DNA of 64,000 bases. Origin: Blastocystis sp. Blastoise (taxonomy: Eukaryota > Protista > Bigyra: Opalinata). Made by a program: the position numbers and the translations under genes. The notes beneath the pieces were generated by a model that did not search any database, had not been told where the DNA came from, and was given only the letters and a program-made list of their open reading frames with translations. Of the stretch, positions 32,485 to 55,888 are shown one piece after another. The stretch is from assembly GCA_039096225.1 (NCBI GenBank), contig JBBPEB010000025.1, positions 248,001 through 312,000 of the forward strand, given 5' to 3'. The number at the start of each line of letters is the position of its first letter. The stretch's first letter is position 1.

Positions 32485-33795
32485 TGATATATATTGATAT
32501 ATATATACATATATTCACATGCTCCTGCATTCATACAATTAGCAATCTAGTTATTAATAATAGTAATATGTATAATAAATAAAATAAAAAAAATAAGTAT
32601 AATAAATAAAATAAAAAAATAAGTATAATAAATAAAATAAAAAAATAAGTATAATAAATAAAATAAAAAAAATAAGTATAATAAATAAAATAATAAACAC
32701 TATAAACATAATAAACGTACAATATCAGCCGAGTTGCTTGAGGATATAATAATCACGGGAATCATGAATAAATAAGGATCTCTCTTAATTGTTAATATGA
32801 ATTCTTCTCCCATCATTCCTGTCATTATATGATCCACTAAAATCATATTATACTATATATATATATATAGAATAAGAATAATATTCTGACTGTCTATATC
32901 TATTAAATAACATAATATTTCAATATATAAATAATAAAAAAAATTTAATGTACTAAATAATTAACTTATTACGTATTATATATATATACTGGAATGGGTT
33001 CATTAGTATATTTATATCTATATAATAATTGAAGTGCTTCTTCTCCACTGGAACACAAATCAGCGTCAATATTCAGTTTTTGTAACATCATTCTATTATA
33101 TATATAATATATATATAATATATACAATCTATTATAATAAATAAGGTATTCAAGAAAATAGAATTATTTATATATAATATATATAATCTATTATAATAAA
33201 GTATTCTTGAGAATAAAGTTATATATATAATATATATATAGACTTTAACATTTTTAGAATAGCAATACTATCATCGACACATAAAATTCGAATTGTATTA
33301 TTCTCTTTTTTTCTATTTATATATTTAGTTATAGACAATTCTTTAATACTATAAATAGAATACCTTTCATTTGTTTCAATAAGACATCTGATTAAGGCAT
33401 CTTCAGTGATTGGCAGTGTTAAGATTAAATAATCATAAATATTATTATAGGAATGAAATAATTCTTCATCTGACTATTCATAAAGTAAATTTTTATCATA
33501 AATAACTATTATTTAAACATACTTTGTTGCATACAACTATTGTCTTTATCTTCTTAACAGTTGGATCAGTTGCTATTCGTGTTAGAAAATGCAACCATTC
33601 CACTTCATATCGATTTCCATATATACATAGTATATTCGCAGTTTCTTCCCTTAAGTACTTGATAGCATCTGCAGCGTACATATAAGAAAGTACTTCATAA
33701 TCCTTAGCTTTAAAATGAGAACTGATATGAGGGAATAAATGAGAAGGGAATCCACAGAAAATAACAATTTTTCTATTTTGAATGTTTATTTCCAT
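29154..33795 (-). CDS. Response-regulator receiver x2 fused to a PP2A B''(PR72/PPP2R3)-like EF-hand regulatory subunit; 18 exons
   Basis: Receiver 2: IRILCVDDSIAILKML...SSGEEAL...YNMILVDHIMTGMMG...IPVIIISS...AGACEYIIKP. B''-like blocks: LQFPCPLRHSLF, FLLVYIRCIILLLFAYCN, PFSPLSISQYIKRYFEL, LNSTIIHRVL, DKMTSFSFPFWFNILDYDEDGYISISD, QMDIKRANAGPFLFDTLIS..DFEQ. All 17 introns are GT-AG and phase-compatible. Confidence 0.8.
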
Positions 33796-34312
33796 CTAGT
33801 AAATACCTTGAAATGAAGAAATGCAAAATAGTAGTCAACGAAGTGGGCAAAATGTGAGTTTTATATCAGGATCCTATTCTATTTTCATAATTGTTTTTGT
33901 TTTTAGGGATACCTCATATCACCCAAACTCCTAAGCACAATAAGAAATGGATCCTAAAAAGAAAAATTCATGGATATCAAAATTAAAAAATTATAATAGT
34001 TTGCAATAATTGATTGCAAAGAGCACTGGTTTCTTATAACGATTTGTACTATATTAGATGATAAAGTTGAGAGCAATGAATATAATAGTCTATCAACGAC
34101 AATATAAATAATATTTTAGAATTATTAGCTATATGAACTATTTCTTTGAATATCATAAGTACATTTTACAACATAGAATAAGAATATATGGCTTTTTAAA
34201 AATGAACTAAACATCAATTTTTATTCATTTGGTCTGGCAAATAAATAACACTTTCTCTATAAAGAAAATAAGAATTACTTTTTTGATTATCCATCCTTCG
34301 TCTTCATCTACT

Positions 34313-35780
34313 ATGCGAAAATCTACAAGTGTCATATTATATATATCAGTCTTTGCCTGTAATATCGTCTTTATACTTTATATTTTTCCTTATATGAAGC
34401 AAATGAGTACTTCGTCTTCAACAGTAGATAATCATCAGTTAGCTGGATATATCATAGGTATCTTCAAAAAATATATATTAATAATAAATAATTTATTTTC
34501 TAGAAGAGGAAACTGGAATTGATGGAAAAAATAATCAAAATAGTGTTGTAAATGGTATTAAAAATAGTACCAATGAAGTGGACAATGATTCAGAGCAACT
34601 GAGGTATAATTCTTTGAATGGAACATGGAATAAATTGAAAAACACGGCTCGATCCTATTTAGTTTCTAAAAAGAATAATTCCAGAAAGTCGTATCGACGC
34701 AATTTTCATTCAATGATCGAATTAGTAACGAATCAAACTATGGATTCTTCAATTAATCGATATGATTTCTTTGATTATCCTCTTGTTGTTGAAAATGAGA
34801 CTTATAAATATGGTCAAGTTGTTTATTTATATACTGATAATACTGCTGTTGATATATTGGAAACAAAGACAATAAATAATTTTACATATCCTTTTTCTCT
34901 TCCTTCTTCTCGTCCATATTTTTATAATAAAAGTAGTAGTTTGGAGTTATCTATAGATTCTACAGGTAATGATTCATATCAATCTTTTTCATATAATCGT
35001 GATACTCATTTTTCATTCTTCTTATTACCTTCTGTAACAATAGAACAATTATTTGAAGATGTTCAATTAGTGGTATTTATAAAAACGAAATGGGAAGAAT
35101 TAGGAAGAAGATTATTAATGCGTAAACATTGGAAACAAATGATAGAAGAAGCAGATGAAGTCGATTCAGCTCGTGTTTATTTCTTATTTGGTATTGATAT
35201 GAATGATCAAGATAATACAGATATGAGAATAGAAGAAGAAGAAATGTATAATGATATTATTATATGTAATATAGAAGATTCAGATAGTAATAATACATTA
35301 AAAGTTATGATGGCTCTAGATCTTATTAATATATCAAAAGTTAAAATACCGAAAGTATTATTCATTGAAGATAATGTATGTATTAATTATAATAAACTTC
35401 AAACTTATATGAAAGAACTGAAATCAAAACAAACTTTTTCTGGTTTTCCCTCTTATTTCGACTCTCAACTCACCACAAATACTTACCCCACACAAATGTC
35501 CGTTTGTTTTCCTCATTCTTTTCCTTATTCAACGTCTCCCTTTATGCTATTTTCTGGATCTATTATTCCTCAAATCTTAAGTATATTCCCCTATATGCCG
35601 TGTATATATGATGAAGATACTCTTTTTCTTGGTCAAATACTATATTATATACATATTCCTTTATATTCTATATTCTCTTATCAACAATTGAATACTCTAG
35701 CCATGGATAGAACTAATTATTTACGATCTTTATATTTATATCCTGTTAATACATTATATATTAAAACTGTTTGCATGTAA
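34313..35780 (+). CDS. GT31-family beta-1,3-galactosyltransferase-like type II membrane protein
   Basis: N-terminal TM anchor, one GT-AG intron, then RRLLMRKHW, VYFLFG, EEEMYNDII...EDSDSNNTLKV, FIEDNVCIN (degenerate KxDDD) and DEDTLFLG. Confidence 0.75.
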
Positions 35781-37214
35781 CTTTTTTATTCAATTCTTTT
35801 CTAGTATTATTATTATTTCAATTTCTTATAGAATATTTATATTTTTCTTTTTTTTTACCTAATTTTTGTAATTCTATTTATCATTTGATTATATTTCATT
35901 TTATATTAGCATCTATATATAATCATAATTGATTTTTTTAATGCTGTTGGTATACTTATAATAATCCTAATTCTATTTCATAATATATTTAAATACTTAT
36001 ATAAATATATTCTTCTTTTGTATAATTTTTTTTATATTATGTCTTTCAATAGTATTGTTAATTATATTGTATTAATAACTTATTTGAATTGTCCTCGTCT
36101 TCTATTATTAACAAATTATGCTGTTTCTTTTTCATAATTCTTGTTTCAATGTTTATTATAATATCTACTTTTATTTGTCGATATGCATTTTTTTTTTGAT
36201 TTTAGTATTTATATGAATATATTCAATCTTTTCATTCTATATATTTTTTTAACTCTAATCAATGTATTTATTATATATTACATTCTTTTCTGTAATAATA
36301 TTTATATTATTTTATTCATTTATTATATATATTATTATATCAGCTTTTATTTATGCAATTTTTTTGTATTTTGTTTCTAATTATTTTTTATCCTTATTAT
36401 ATACTTTTTAAATTTAAAAAGAAAAACTATTTATTTTTTTTTATCTTACATTCATATTAATCAATATTATATAGATTTATGGTACATACAGAATTCTGTT
36501 TTCATATTATTTTTTTTAGATATTTACATTTTGTTGGCTTTATGTATATAAACTTTTAAGCCCATAAATATAGTATTTCTGTAGATATTATATATTTATT
36601 ATGAATTACTTTATAAACTGATATTAATTGTTTATTCATATAAAAGTGTTGGTCATATAAAGATTCATTTATGTTAAACAATTTCTTATAATATGATTAA
36701 ATAGTCACTTATATCGTTCCTCATATATTTATAATATTATATTATAATAATATTCTATTCTTTCTTAATCACATAATATTCTATTAATATAAAACATACT
36801 CTCTTTTCACTTTGGACAAACATTTTTATTTTTCAATACTATACATTGTACTCACTATTTTCAGACATTTGACTCAATCATTATTTGTTTTTTTTTTTAT
36901 TTGGTGGCACGTATATCAATAGAAATATATTGTTGTTTTGAGCAAATAATTCATTGTCAGTTCCTTTCTTATTCTTATTTATGCATGATTAATTGGAACA
37001 TGCTATTATCTCTTAAATTATTTCCTATCTATTCTTGTTGACTTGATGACTAGTGAGATTATTAACAATAAAACAAAAATAAAATTTTAATTCGTGGAAA
37101 TTTAAAAAAAAAAAAGCTCAACAGAAGTCAATAAACCACACCTTTTGATGATTTCCATGAAAAGAAAGGCAATTTTTAATTAATTTCAATTTATTGTATA
37201 AAACAGCACTTAAG

Positions 37215-42001
<4,787 letters not shown>

Positions 42002-42596
42002 ATAGACTGTTTTTATTTATTATTTTGATTTACTTATAGAGATTATTATTTTTTATTTCTCTAGTTTATTTTTATATTCTCTGTATTGATTTTTATATTT
42101 CTCCATTTTTTTTTATTTACTTATATATTTTTCTCCATTTTTTTTCTTCCATATATATCTATATAACTTTCCTTATAGAATTATGAATTTATTACTCCAT
42201 ATTAATTTATTATATAACTTATGGAATTATTTGTCTATATTAATTTATTACTTCATATTTATTTACTTTTCTCATTTTTTCTTTAACTTACATCTTTATT
42301 ATTGATGAAGAACGTATCTGTAATACCCATTAAATTATTATTTGTTTTGCTCATTTTTTTATTTCTAAAAAAAAAATAACATTAGTATCAATTATACACT
42401 ATTGTTTCTAAAAAAAAAACTTTAAAATGTCAAAAATAATACGTTGTGAATACAAATGCCGAATAAAATACATAATTTATACATATGTTGCATAGAATTA
42501 TATATATAGAATCGTATGAAACATTTAAAAAAATAAAAATTAACAAAAGTAGATAATAAACCTGGTCTTCAAAGCTTTATTAATACTAATCTATAT

Positions 42597-43087
42597 TTAG
42601 AGACTAGAAGGATAAAGCATAACACGGACAGTCTTGCCCATAGCTTGAGGAGGAAGATTCTTCTTGAAGACAGCACGTACAGATACAAATAATGAATAGA
42701 AATATTGTTTTCAAATGCAGATATTATTCGTAAAATGAAGAGAAAGTAATATGTTAAAAAAATATATCAAATAATATATTATATAAATAAATATAAAAAC
42801 ATATAAAACACATTTAAAACAAAAAATATATTGACAGCACGTACAGTTCCGTTAGTACCGTGAGTCTTGGTGATCTTACCCCAAATGCAACGGATCTTGC
42901 TACCATTGATACGGTTGTGAGCTCTGTAAACATAAGCAACACGCTTGCCGAGGTAGAAATCAGCAGCCTTTCTGCTTTGAACACCGTCAATCTTGAGGAG
43001 AGAAGTGTTAGAATATTGAGCACATTGAGATCTCTTGTAACCAAGGAAAACACTGTTGACGTATAATCTAATGGATTGAGTAGACAT
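42597..43087 (-). CDS. RPL35A: 60S ribosomal protein L35a (eL33), with one 164-nt non-canonical intron
   Basis: MSTQSIRLYVNSVFLGYKRS...FYLGKRVAYVYRA...WGKITKTHGTNGTVRAV + FKKNLPPQAMGKTVRVMLYPSSL*. Confidence 0.95.
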
Positions 43088-44159
43088 TTTTAAATAAAGT
43101 AAAAGTCATAAATTAGCTTCAATTTTGATAAAAAATGATTAGAGAAGAGATTCAAATTTCGTTTGTTATCACAATTTATAATACAAAAAGTTATAATCAT
43201 ATCTATATACTTACTTTCTGCGTAAAAAGACCAAGAAAATTATTAACAAGTTTATAAGAACAATGGTTTAAAGGGACTTTTCTCAAAATTCATTTTACAT
43301 GGGGATGAATACAAGTTATTAATAAACTCTGTATGAAAATAAATTTATCCAGGGGGTCAATTAGTTTTCCAAGGTTATTCCAGTATCCGTGAATATTCGA
43401 AAAAAATACCTATATTTGTATAATTTCCTATGTTTATTCATTTTTGTTTTTATTTTTCATTTTTGTTTTCATATCCTTTTTCTATTTTTTTTCTCACTGT
43501 ATTACAAGAAATAATCAGAATTAATTTATTTTATCTTTTATACCTTTATTATACAATTAGTTTTTACTATTACAAAGTACTTCTTTTTTACTTTTCATAT
43601 TAAAAGTTTTTGAAACGTATTGTAAGTGTTTTTACGAAGAACGAGAATAAATTACAGTATAGTACTCTAGTGATTCTTCTTTTTATTTCATAATTCTACA
43701 TTTCATTATCTCTGTAATATGAGATATATATGGGTTATTCATTTTTCTAAGTGTACGCACATTATGATTGATATGATATGTGATATCCTTATTTAAAGTT
43801 TTTTTATTTTCACAATGAATTGTACAAATCGTTTAAAAGTTAAAAAAAATAAAAAATACACAATGCAAGGAAAAACATTGTTCACAATTATCTTAAATCA
43901 ACATAAAGCCTATGCTAAAGACCTACGTGAGATAACTAAATTAACTTTCATATGTAAAAAATATTTTTATAAGAATTGATATAACTATAATAGACTATAA
44001 TAAATATTTAGAAACTTTTAAAATGAAAAATCTAGAATTTTTTTTAAAGAAACGATTGGAGTTGGTTTTGAAGACCACAATCGTTTTTATTGTTTTTCTA
44101 TTGAAGTATGAGTTACTCTGTTATTCTATATGCATTTATTATAGGTATTCTGATTTGTG

Positions 44160-48911
<4,752 letters not shown>

Positions 48912-49007
48912 ATAGTCTCTATCTGAGATCAATATATCATTCAAAACAAGTTGTTTAATTGTTATTGTCTGTTTTTTAAATATTTATGAATATCATTTTT
49001 ATGAAAT

Positions 49008-49015
49008 TGTTTGTT
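49008..49015 (+). promoter_or_regulatory. TGTTTGTT motif downstream of the DDX54 stop (also 50223-50230 on - after the RRM gene, and 53966-53973 on + after YbeY)
   Basis: TGTTTGTT is the described Blastocystis polyadenylation-associated element; sense-oriented 3' of three genes here, but a T-rich octamer can arise by chance. Confidence 0.4.
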
Positions 49016-49628
49016 ATTTGTTTTATTTGTTGTAGTTTTGTTCATTTGTCTTATCTTAACAATTTATAGAACACAACATTACTTATATTTTTGTAAAAAT
49101 GAAGTTTAGTGTGTCTTTTAATATCATTTATCTACAATTAAAAATATATCTCCATTTTTCATAAACATTTAAATACTCTCTAGATTCAAATTTGTAATGT
49201 AAAAAGAGTTGAACTAGTTCTATGATATAAACTATATAAAAATGTTAATTGAAATGATAATTGGCTTTGTTTAGAATTCAAAAATAAAAATTTAGATAGA
49301 TAATTTGAAAATAAGTAATAATAAATTAGACTAGTGGTTTATAGAATAAGAATAGTCTAGAACAAAATAAAAAACAAATCTGTCTCTTTTTAGGCAAAGA
49401 AGCGAGAGAAAGCAACATAAGAAAAAAAAGCAATAAGAAGTCATATTCCCATGAATATGAATACAAAACATTTACCCTAGGCCTAAATGAGAAATTATTA
49501 AGAGTTGTTAGTACTAAAAATTTCAATAGGGTGGGGGTATTTCACACAACTTTTTCTTTTCTCTTTTCATTAAAATTGTCTCTTAATATACTTTGTTTTT
49601 ACAGAGACTCGTTTGACTTATCTATATA

Positions 49629-50056
49629 ATGGTATGTGCTTATTCTATTGATTATTACTTCTTGATTCTTGTGAAATTAGATAATGAAAATTTATCTAAG
49701 AGATATAAAACAAAAATGTTGTTTGACTTATCTATATAATGCCTAAGCAAATAACTGATATTCGTGATTTCTTACAAAAGGCTCGCCGAAAGGACGCTAA
49801 GAACATCAAGATCAAGAAGTGCGCTCAAGGAGTCACTAAATTCAAGATCCGATGCAGCAAGTATCTTTATACTCTTGTTGTTAAGGATGCTGCTAAGTCC
49901 AAGAAAGTACTTTCTACTCTTCCCCCTGGTATGCTTATTAATATATTTTATTATCATAACATCTAATTATATATGTTATGAATTTTTTCGAATTTAATTA
50001 ATCATATTTATTATATTTTTCTATATATAGGTCTTAACAAGATCACCATTAACTAA
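49629..50056 (+). CDS. RPL38: 60S ribosomal protein L38 (eL38)
   Basis: MPKQITDIRDFLQKARRKDAK...KFKIRCSKYLYTLVV...LPPG|LNKITIN*. ATG|GTATGT at 49629 suggests an ATG-only first coding exon; a second ATG copy at 49739 also opens the frame. Confidence 0.95.
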
Positions 50057-50259
50057 ATAAGCCCCATAAAGACGAGAACTCTGAAGTAATTACTGTTTTA
50101 AGTTGAGATAGTAATGAAACTACTTTTAGTTTGGTTTCAATTATTTATAATATTTTCAATATACAACTATTGACTTACACTATTAAATATGTTTTTAAAA
50201 TCAATAACAAAACAGACAAGTAAACAAACAAATAATAACATGAAACAAATATTTATAGT

Positions 50260-51128
50260 TTAATCCTTTCTGAAAGGCTTCTTGTTACCACCACGGAAAG
50301 GTTTTCTATCACCATTGAAAGGCTTTTTGTGAGCATTAAAGGGCTTCTTTTCTCCATTAAAAGGTTTTCTATCGTTATTGAATGGTTTTTTGGTTCCATT
50401 GAAAGGCTTTCTATCACTATTGAATGGTTTCTTATTACTATTAAAAGGCTTTCTATCACTATTGAATGGTTTTTTGTTTCCATTAAAAGGCTTTTTATCA
50501 CTATTAAAAGGCTTCTTATCACTATTAAAAGGCTTCTTATCACTATTGAAAGGCTTTTTATCATTATTAAAAGGCTTCTTATCACTATTAAAGTGAGGTT
50601 TTCCTCCCTTCTTTGTATTTCTCTTCTGTTCCATTTCTTGTTTCATTTCTAATCTCTTTAAGACCTTCTTTTGCTTTCTTCTTTCCTCACGGTTAAATAC
50701 ATCTAAACTCTCAATCTTTTCAACAGTTAATGGTCTTTCACAAACAATTTCACCAGACTTTTTAAGAGCAGCTTCAACACATTCAGGTTTAGTAAATTCA
50801 ATACAACCATATCCTGCAAGTCTTCCATTAGAATTCTGTTGAAGGAAAATGGTTTTAATGTCTCCTAAAGAAGCGAATATAGATTTTAATTGGTCTTCAG
50901 TGATTTCAAATGACATATTACGTAAGAAACTATAATAATATATATATATAAAGTATTTTAAGCATAAAAATAAATAAGAAGAATTTAGATAAATATATAG
51001 AAGAAGAATATAATAAAGAGTTAAAGTATTCTTATTATTCTTATTCTTATTATATATATATACACGCAATTATTGACATCCATATGAGGCACAACTTGTA
51101 CTACACGAGGTTTCTTTTCAACAACAGG

Positions 51129-51206
<78 letters not shown>

Positions 51207-52035
51207 TTCTACTTCTTTTTCTTTAGGAACAGGAGTTATTTGTTCTTTACGAATAGCTTCTTGTTTATTATTTTGAACTTTTTTATTATCTGAAACTGGT
51301 TCCGCAGTTCTTTTTATGGATTTCTTTTCTTCAACTTTCGTAGCTTTAGGAGTTTCTTTTTTAATTTCAATAACCTTCTTTTCTTCTTTTTCTTCTTCAT
51401 CATCATCACTTTCTTCTTCATCATCATCATCATTATCACTTTCTTCATCATCATCATCATCACTTTCCTCTTTTTCACTTTCTTCTTCATCTTCTTTATC
51501 ATTATCACTTTCATCATCATCATCTTTATCGCTTTCATCATCATCTTTATCATCACTATTACTGCTTTCTTCATCACTAGAAACATCACTTGCAGATTCA
51601 TATTCTTTAGCAAAAGTTTCTAACCATTTACCATTAGAGTCCTTTAATTCACTGAAATCTACAGCTTCCTATTTTTAGAAAACATTATATAAAAAATAAA
51701 CAAAGTATAAATATAATCTTAAAATATAAAAAAAAAATACCTCATCAGCAACAGGATTAGGATTCCAAGCATTTTCTTCTTCACTACCTACTTCAATTTC
51801 TTTTTCCTCTTCTTTCTAATTATAAACACATTATAAAATAACATTAAGAAATATTTAAAAGTAAAAAATAGTGAATAATTAAAGGCTATAATAAAATTCA
51901 ATGATTTAAAATAAATACAAAGTTCTCTTCTACAGATATCTTATTCTTAGTATCAGGGTTTTTTTGAAAGAATGAAGAAATACCTCCTAATTTATAATCA
52001 CCGAAGGGTAAAGCATTTGAAGTATTTGTGGACAT
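50260..52035 (-). CDS. Nucleolar RRM protein, RBM34/NOP12-like, with acidic tract and C-terminal heptad repeats
   Basis: N-terminal YKLGGISSFF, long D/E tract, RRM (CVFLRNMSF...AGYGCIEF), K-rich tail; three GT-AG introns in frame. Orthology uncertain (only one RRM seen). Confidence 0.7.
50263..50590 (-). repeat. Coding 21-bp tandem repeat, 15 x [K/R]KPF(N/R)xx
   Basis: Visible in ORF 50260-51069 (KKPFNSD units). Confidence 0.95.
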
Positions 52036-52228
52036 TATATATGTAATCTAATTTGTAAACGAGTCAAGAATAGATCTATCAATTCTTTTTCTGGTCAACC
52101 AAACAGTTATAAAAAAAATCTCCGAATTTCCAGGAAATTTTTCCAAAACTCGCTCTAAAATATTAATTTATTTTGTGAATACTGTTTGCCTTATATCGAT
52201 TAACTTATTGACAGTAGTTAAATAAAAA

Positions 52229-53744
<1,516 letters not shown>

Positions 53745-54530
53745 ATAAATTTATTATATAGATTCATTTATTTCTATGGTCTTTTATAAAAGTTATTATA
53801 AATATTCATATTTTCCTTTCTTTATTATATTTATATTATTGTTTTTTCTATAACTATTTTATTATAATCTTTATTATATATATTTTTAATTTTATCTTTT
53901 CAACTTTTCTTCTCTTTGTATTTCTTTCTGTGGGATTTGGGAAATTATTTTTTTATATATTTATTTGTTTGTTATTATGACACTAAAAAATACTATTTTG
54001 GACACTTTATATGTTTATTCATATATATGCGCTATATACTCCGTTTTCTTTTTTTTATTCATAATAATGAATATTATTTTATAGAAACATATAATACTTA
54101 TTTTTTAAATATATAAACTATAATATACTTATCTGATATTCTAATATTTAACATAACTCTATGCTCAAGATAAAAATATATATTTGTAATAATAAATTTC
54201 TCAAAAAAACTCTCCTTAAATAAAGTTAAATAATGATATATATATAGTTTACTTTCATTATACAACTAAAAAACACGAAATTCTGAACAAACAATATTTG
54301 TCACAATTCACAGAAAAAAAAAATTTATCAATAATTAGAAAAGGAAAAAAGTTTTAAAAAATTCATAAAGCAAGTTCTAGAAATTAATTTAATCAAGAAA
54401 ATACACGATAGACAAATATTTAAAAGAATTTAAAACAGTATTATATACATAATGATAAATTATATATTAATTAAAATAACAATAAAAACAATATATATAT
54501 ATATATTCCATAGATATATCTATTAATTGG

Positions 54531-55481
54531 TTAATAATAATCTTCCATTACATTTTCATACATAATAGTAAAAGGAGGAGCGTCCCTTGTTTGGAATGTA
54601 ATTATTTGAAATAACCACGAATATAGTTCCTTAACACGTCTTAAGAAATAAGGAATAAAAGGCGGAACTGTGTCGTGATATTTTGTTGTATGAATAAACC
54701 ACTCGTTTTCTTTCTCTTTCTCTTCTGCAGTATTATATTTAGCATATATATCATCATATAAACAATGATAAACATAGAATTTATCACAGAAGGAAACAGA
54801 ACATAATGGATAGAAGAAGTAATAGAGTATTTTATATAGATAATAACAAGACCAGCAAATAAAATGATGATAAGGATGATAAGAATTGAACAAAATACGA
54901 GTTTTATACTTTTCAATATCCAAAAAGTATATATATACAAACCAGAGGGCAGAAATAATAATAAAGTTTCTAACAGTGAATATTCGACAGAAGATCATCA
55001 TTAAGGAATTGAGTGTAGGAGGAGCCCATTCTATGAAATACAGAATAGTCACTGATAATATATAACTAATATTAATCAATATTCGATAACTAAGAAATAT
55101 ATAGAGCGAAAATATACTTTGGAAAAAAGGAATCAAACGAGAATTCCATCTATCCATAGTTTCATCTTTAAATAATTTGCTACATTCTACAAGAGACTTT
55201 TTGAGTTCTTTGAATGAAAAAGTCTTTCGTAAACTACTTAAAGAAATGGCACCTTCCAAAGTTTTGGATCCTTGATAAGTTGGTCTCGTGTAGTTATACA
55301 CCACATGAACTGAATTGTTCAACGAACCAGAGAAAGTCGTAAAATTATGTTCATGATAATTAAAGTAGTGAAGAACTTGCATCATACTCTCATAAACATA
55401 TACGAAATCATCTAAGATAGATGTGATATAGTATAATATAAAACGAAAAGGAAGTAATAATAAGGAATCACTCATTCTCAT
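54531..55481 (-). CDS. Hypothetical single-exon hydrophobic/aromatic-rich protein (316 aa)
   Basis: 950-bp non-repetitive ORF in AT-rich DNA with several hydrophobic stretches; no recognised motif. Confidence 0.55.
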   Translation of the reverse strand: MRMSDSLLLLPFRFILYYITSILDDFVYVYESMMQVLHYFNYHEHNFTTFSGSLNNSVHVVYNYTRPTYQGSKTLEGAISLSSLRKTFSFKELKKSLVECSKLFKDETMDRWNSRLIPFFQSIFSLYIFLSYRILINISYILSVTILYFIEWAPPTLNSLMMIFCRIFTVRNFIIISALWFVYIYFLDIEKYKTRILFNSYHPYHHFICWSCYYLYKILYYFFYPLCSVSFCDKFYVYHCLYDDIYAKYNTAEEKEKENEWFIHTTKYHDTVPPFIPYFLRRVKELYSWLFQIITFQTRDAPPFTIMYENVMEDYY

Positions 55482-55888
55482 ATAAAAACAAAAGTCAAAA
55501 AAAAATTATTTAAAAGTTATGTTTGAGTGATTATGGTATAGAAATAAGATAAAGAATATTTGGAATCGTGAATTGAGTGTATTTTGCTCATATAAATAGC
55601 GTATATATTTAAAAAAAATGAAACCATTTATAATTCTTCAGTTTGGTTGTATATTGTTTTGAGAATTACATTTATGTATAACAAATATAAAATATTATAT
55701 ATAATTGATCCATAAAAAACAATTATAAGGAACAACATAGTATTAATCCACTACATTTTTAAAGAAGAATGATTAAGATGCTTAAAGAATTCTTTTGAAA
55801 AGATTGAACATGAATCGAAACAACAAGACAATGAACAAAACACTAAAAGGGAGTTATTCTATAAATAAAAAAATGAGATTCATATGAC

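Noticed and set aside
34458-34503. GTATCTT donor in the GT31 gene as a U12 intron
   Set aside because: Lacks the CC of RTATCCT and has no U12 branch motif.
43270-43400. Slightly G-rich patch upstream of RPL35A as a snoRNA or other ncRNA
   Set aside because: No convincing C/D or H/ACA boxes or terminal stem; more simply promoter sequence.
50085-50140. Short hairpins in the RPL38 3' region
   Set aside because: Stems of 6-8 bp in AT-rich DNA are expected by chance.
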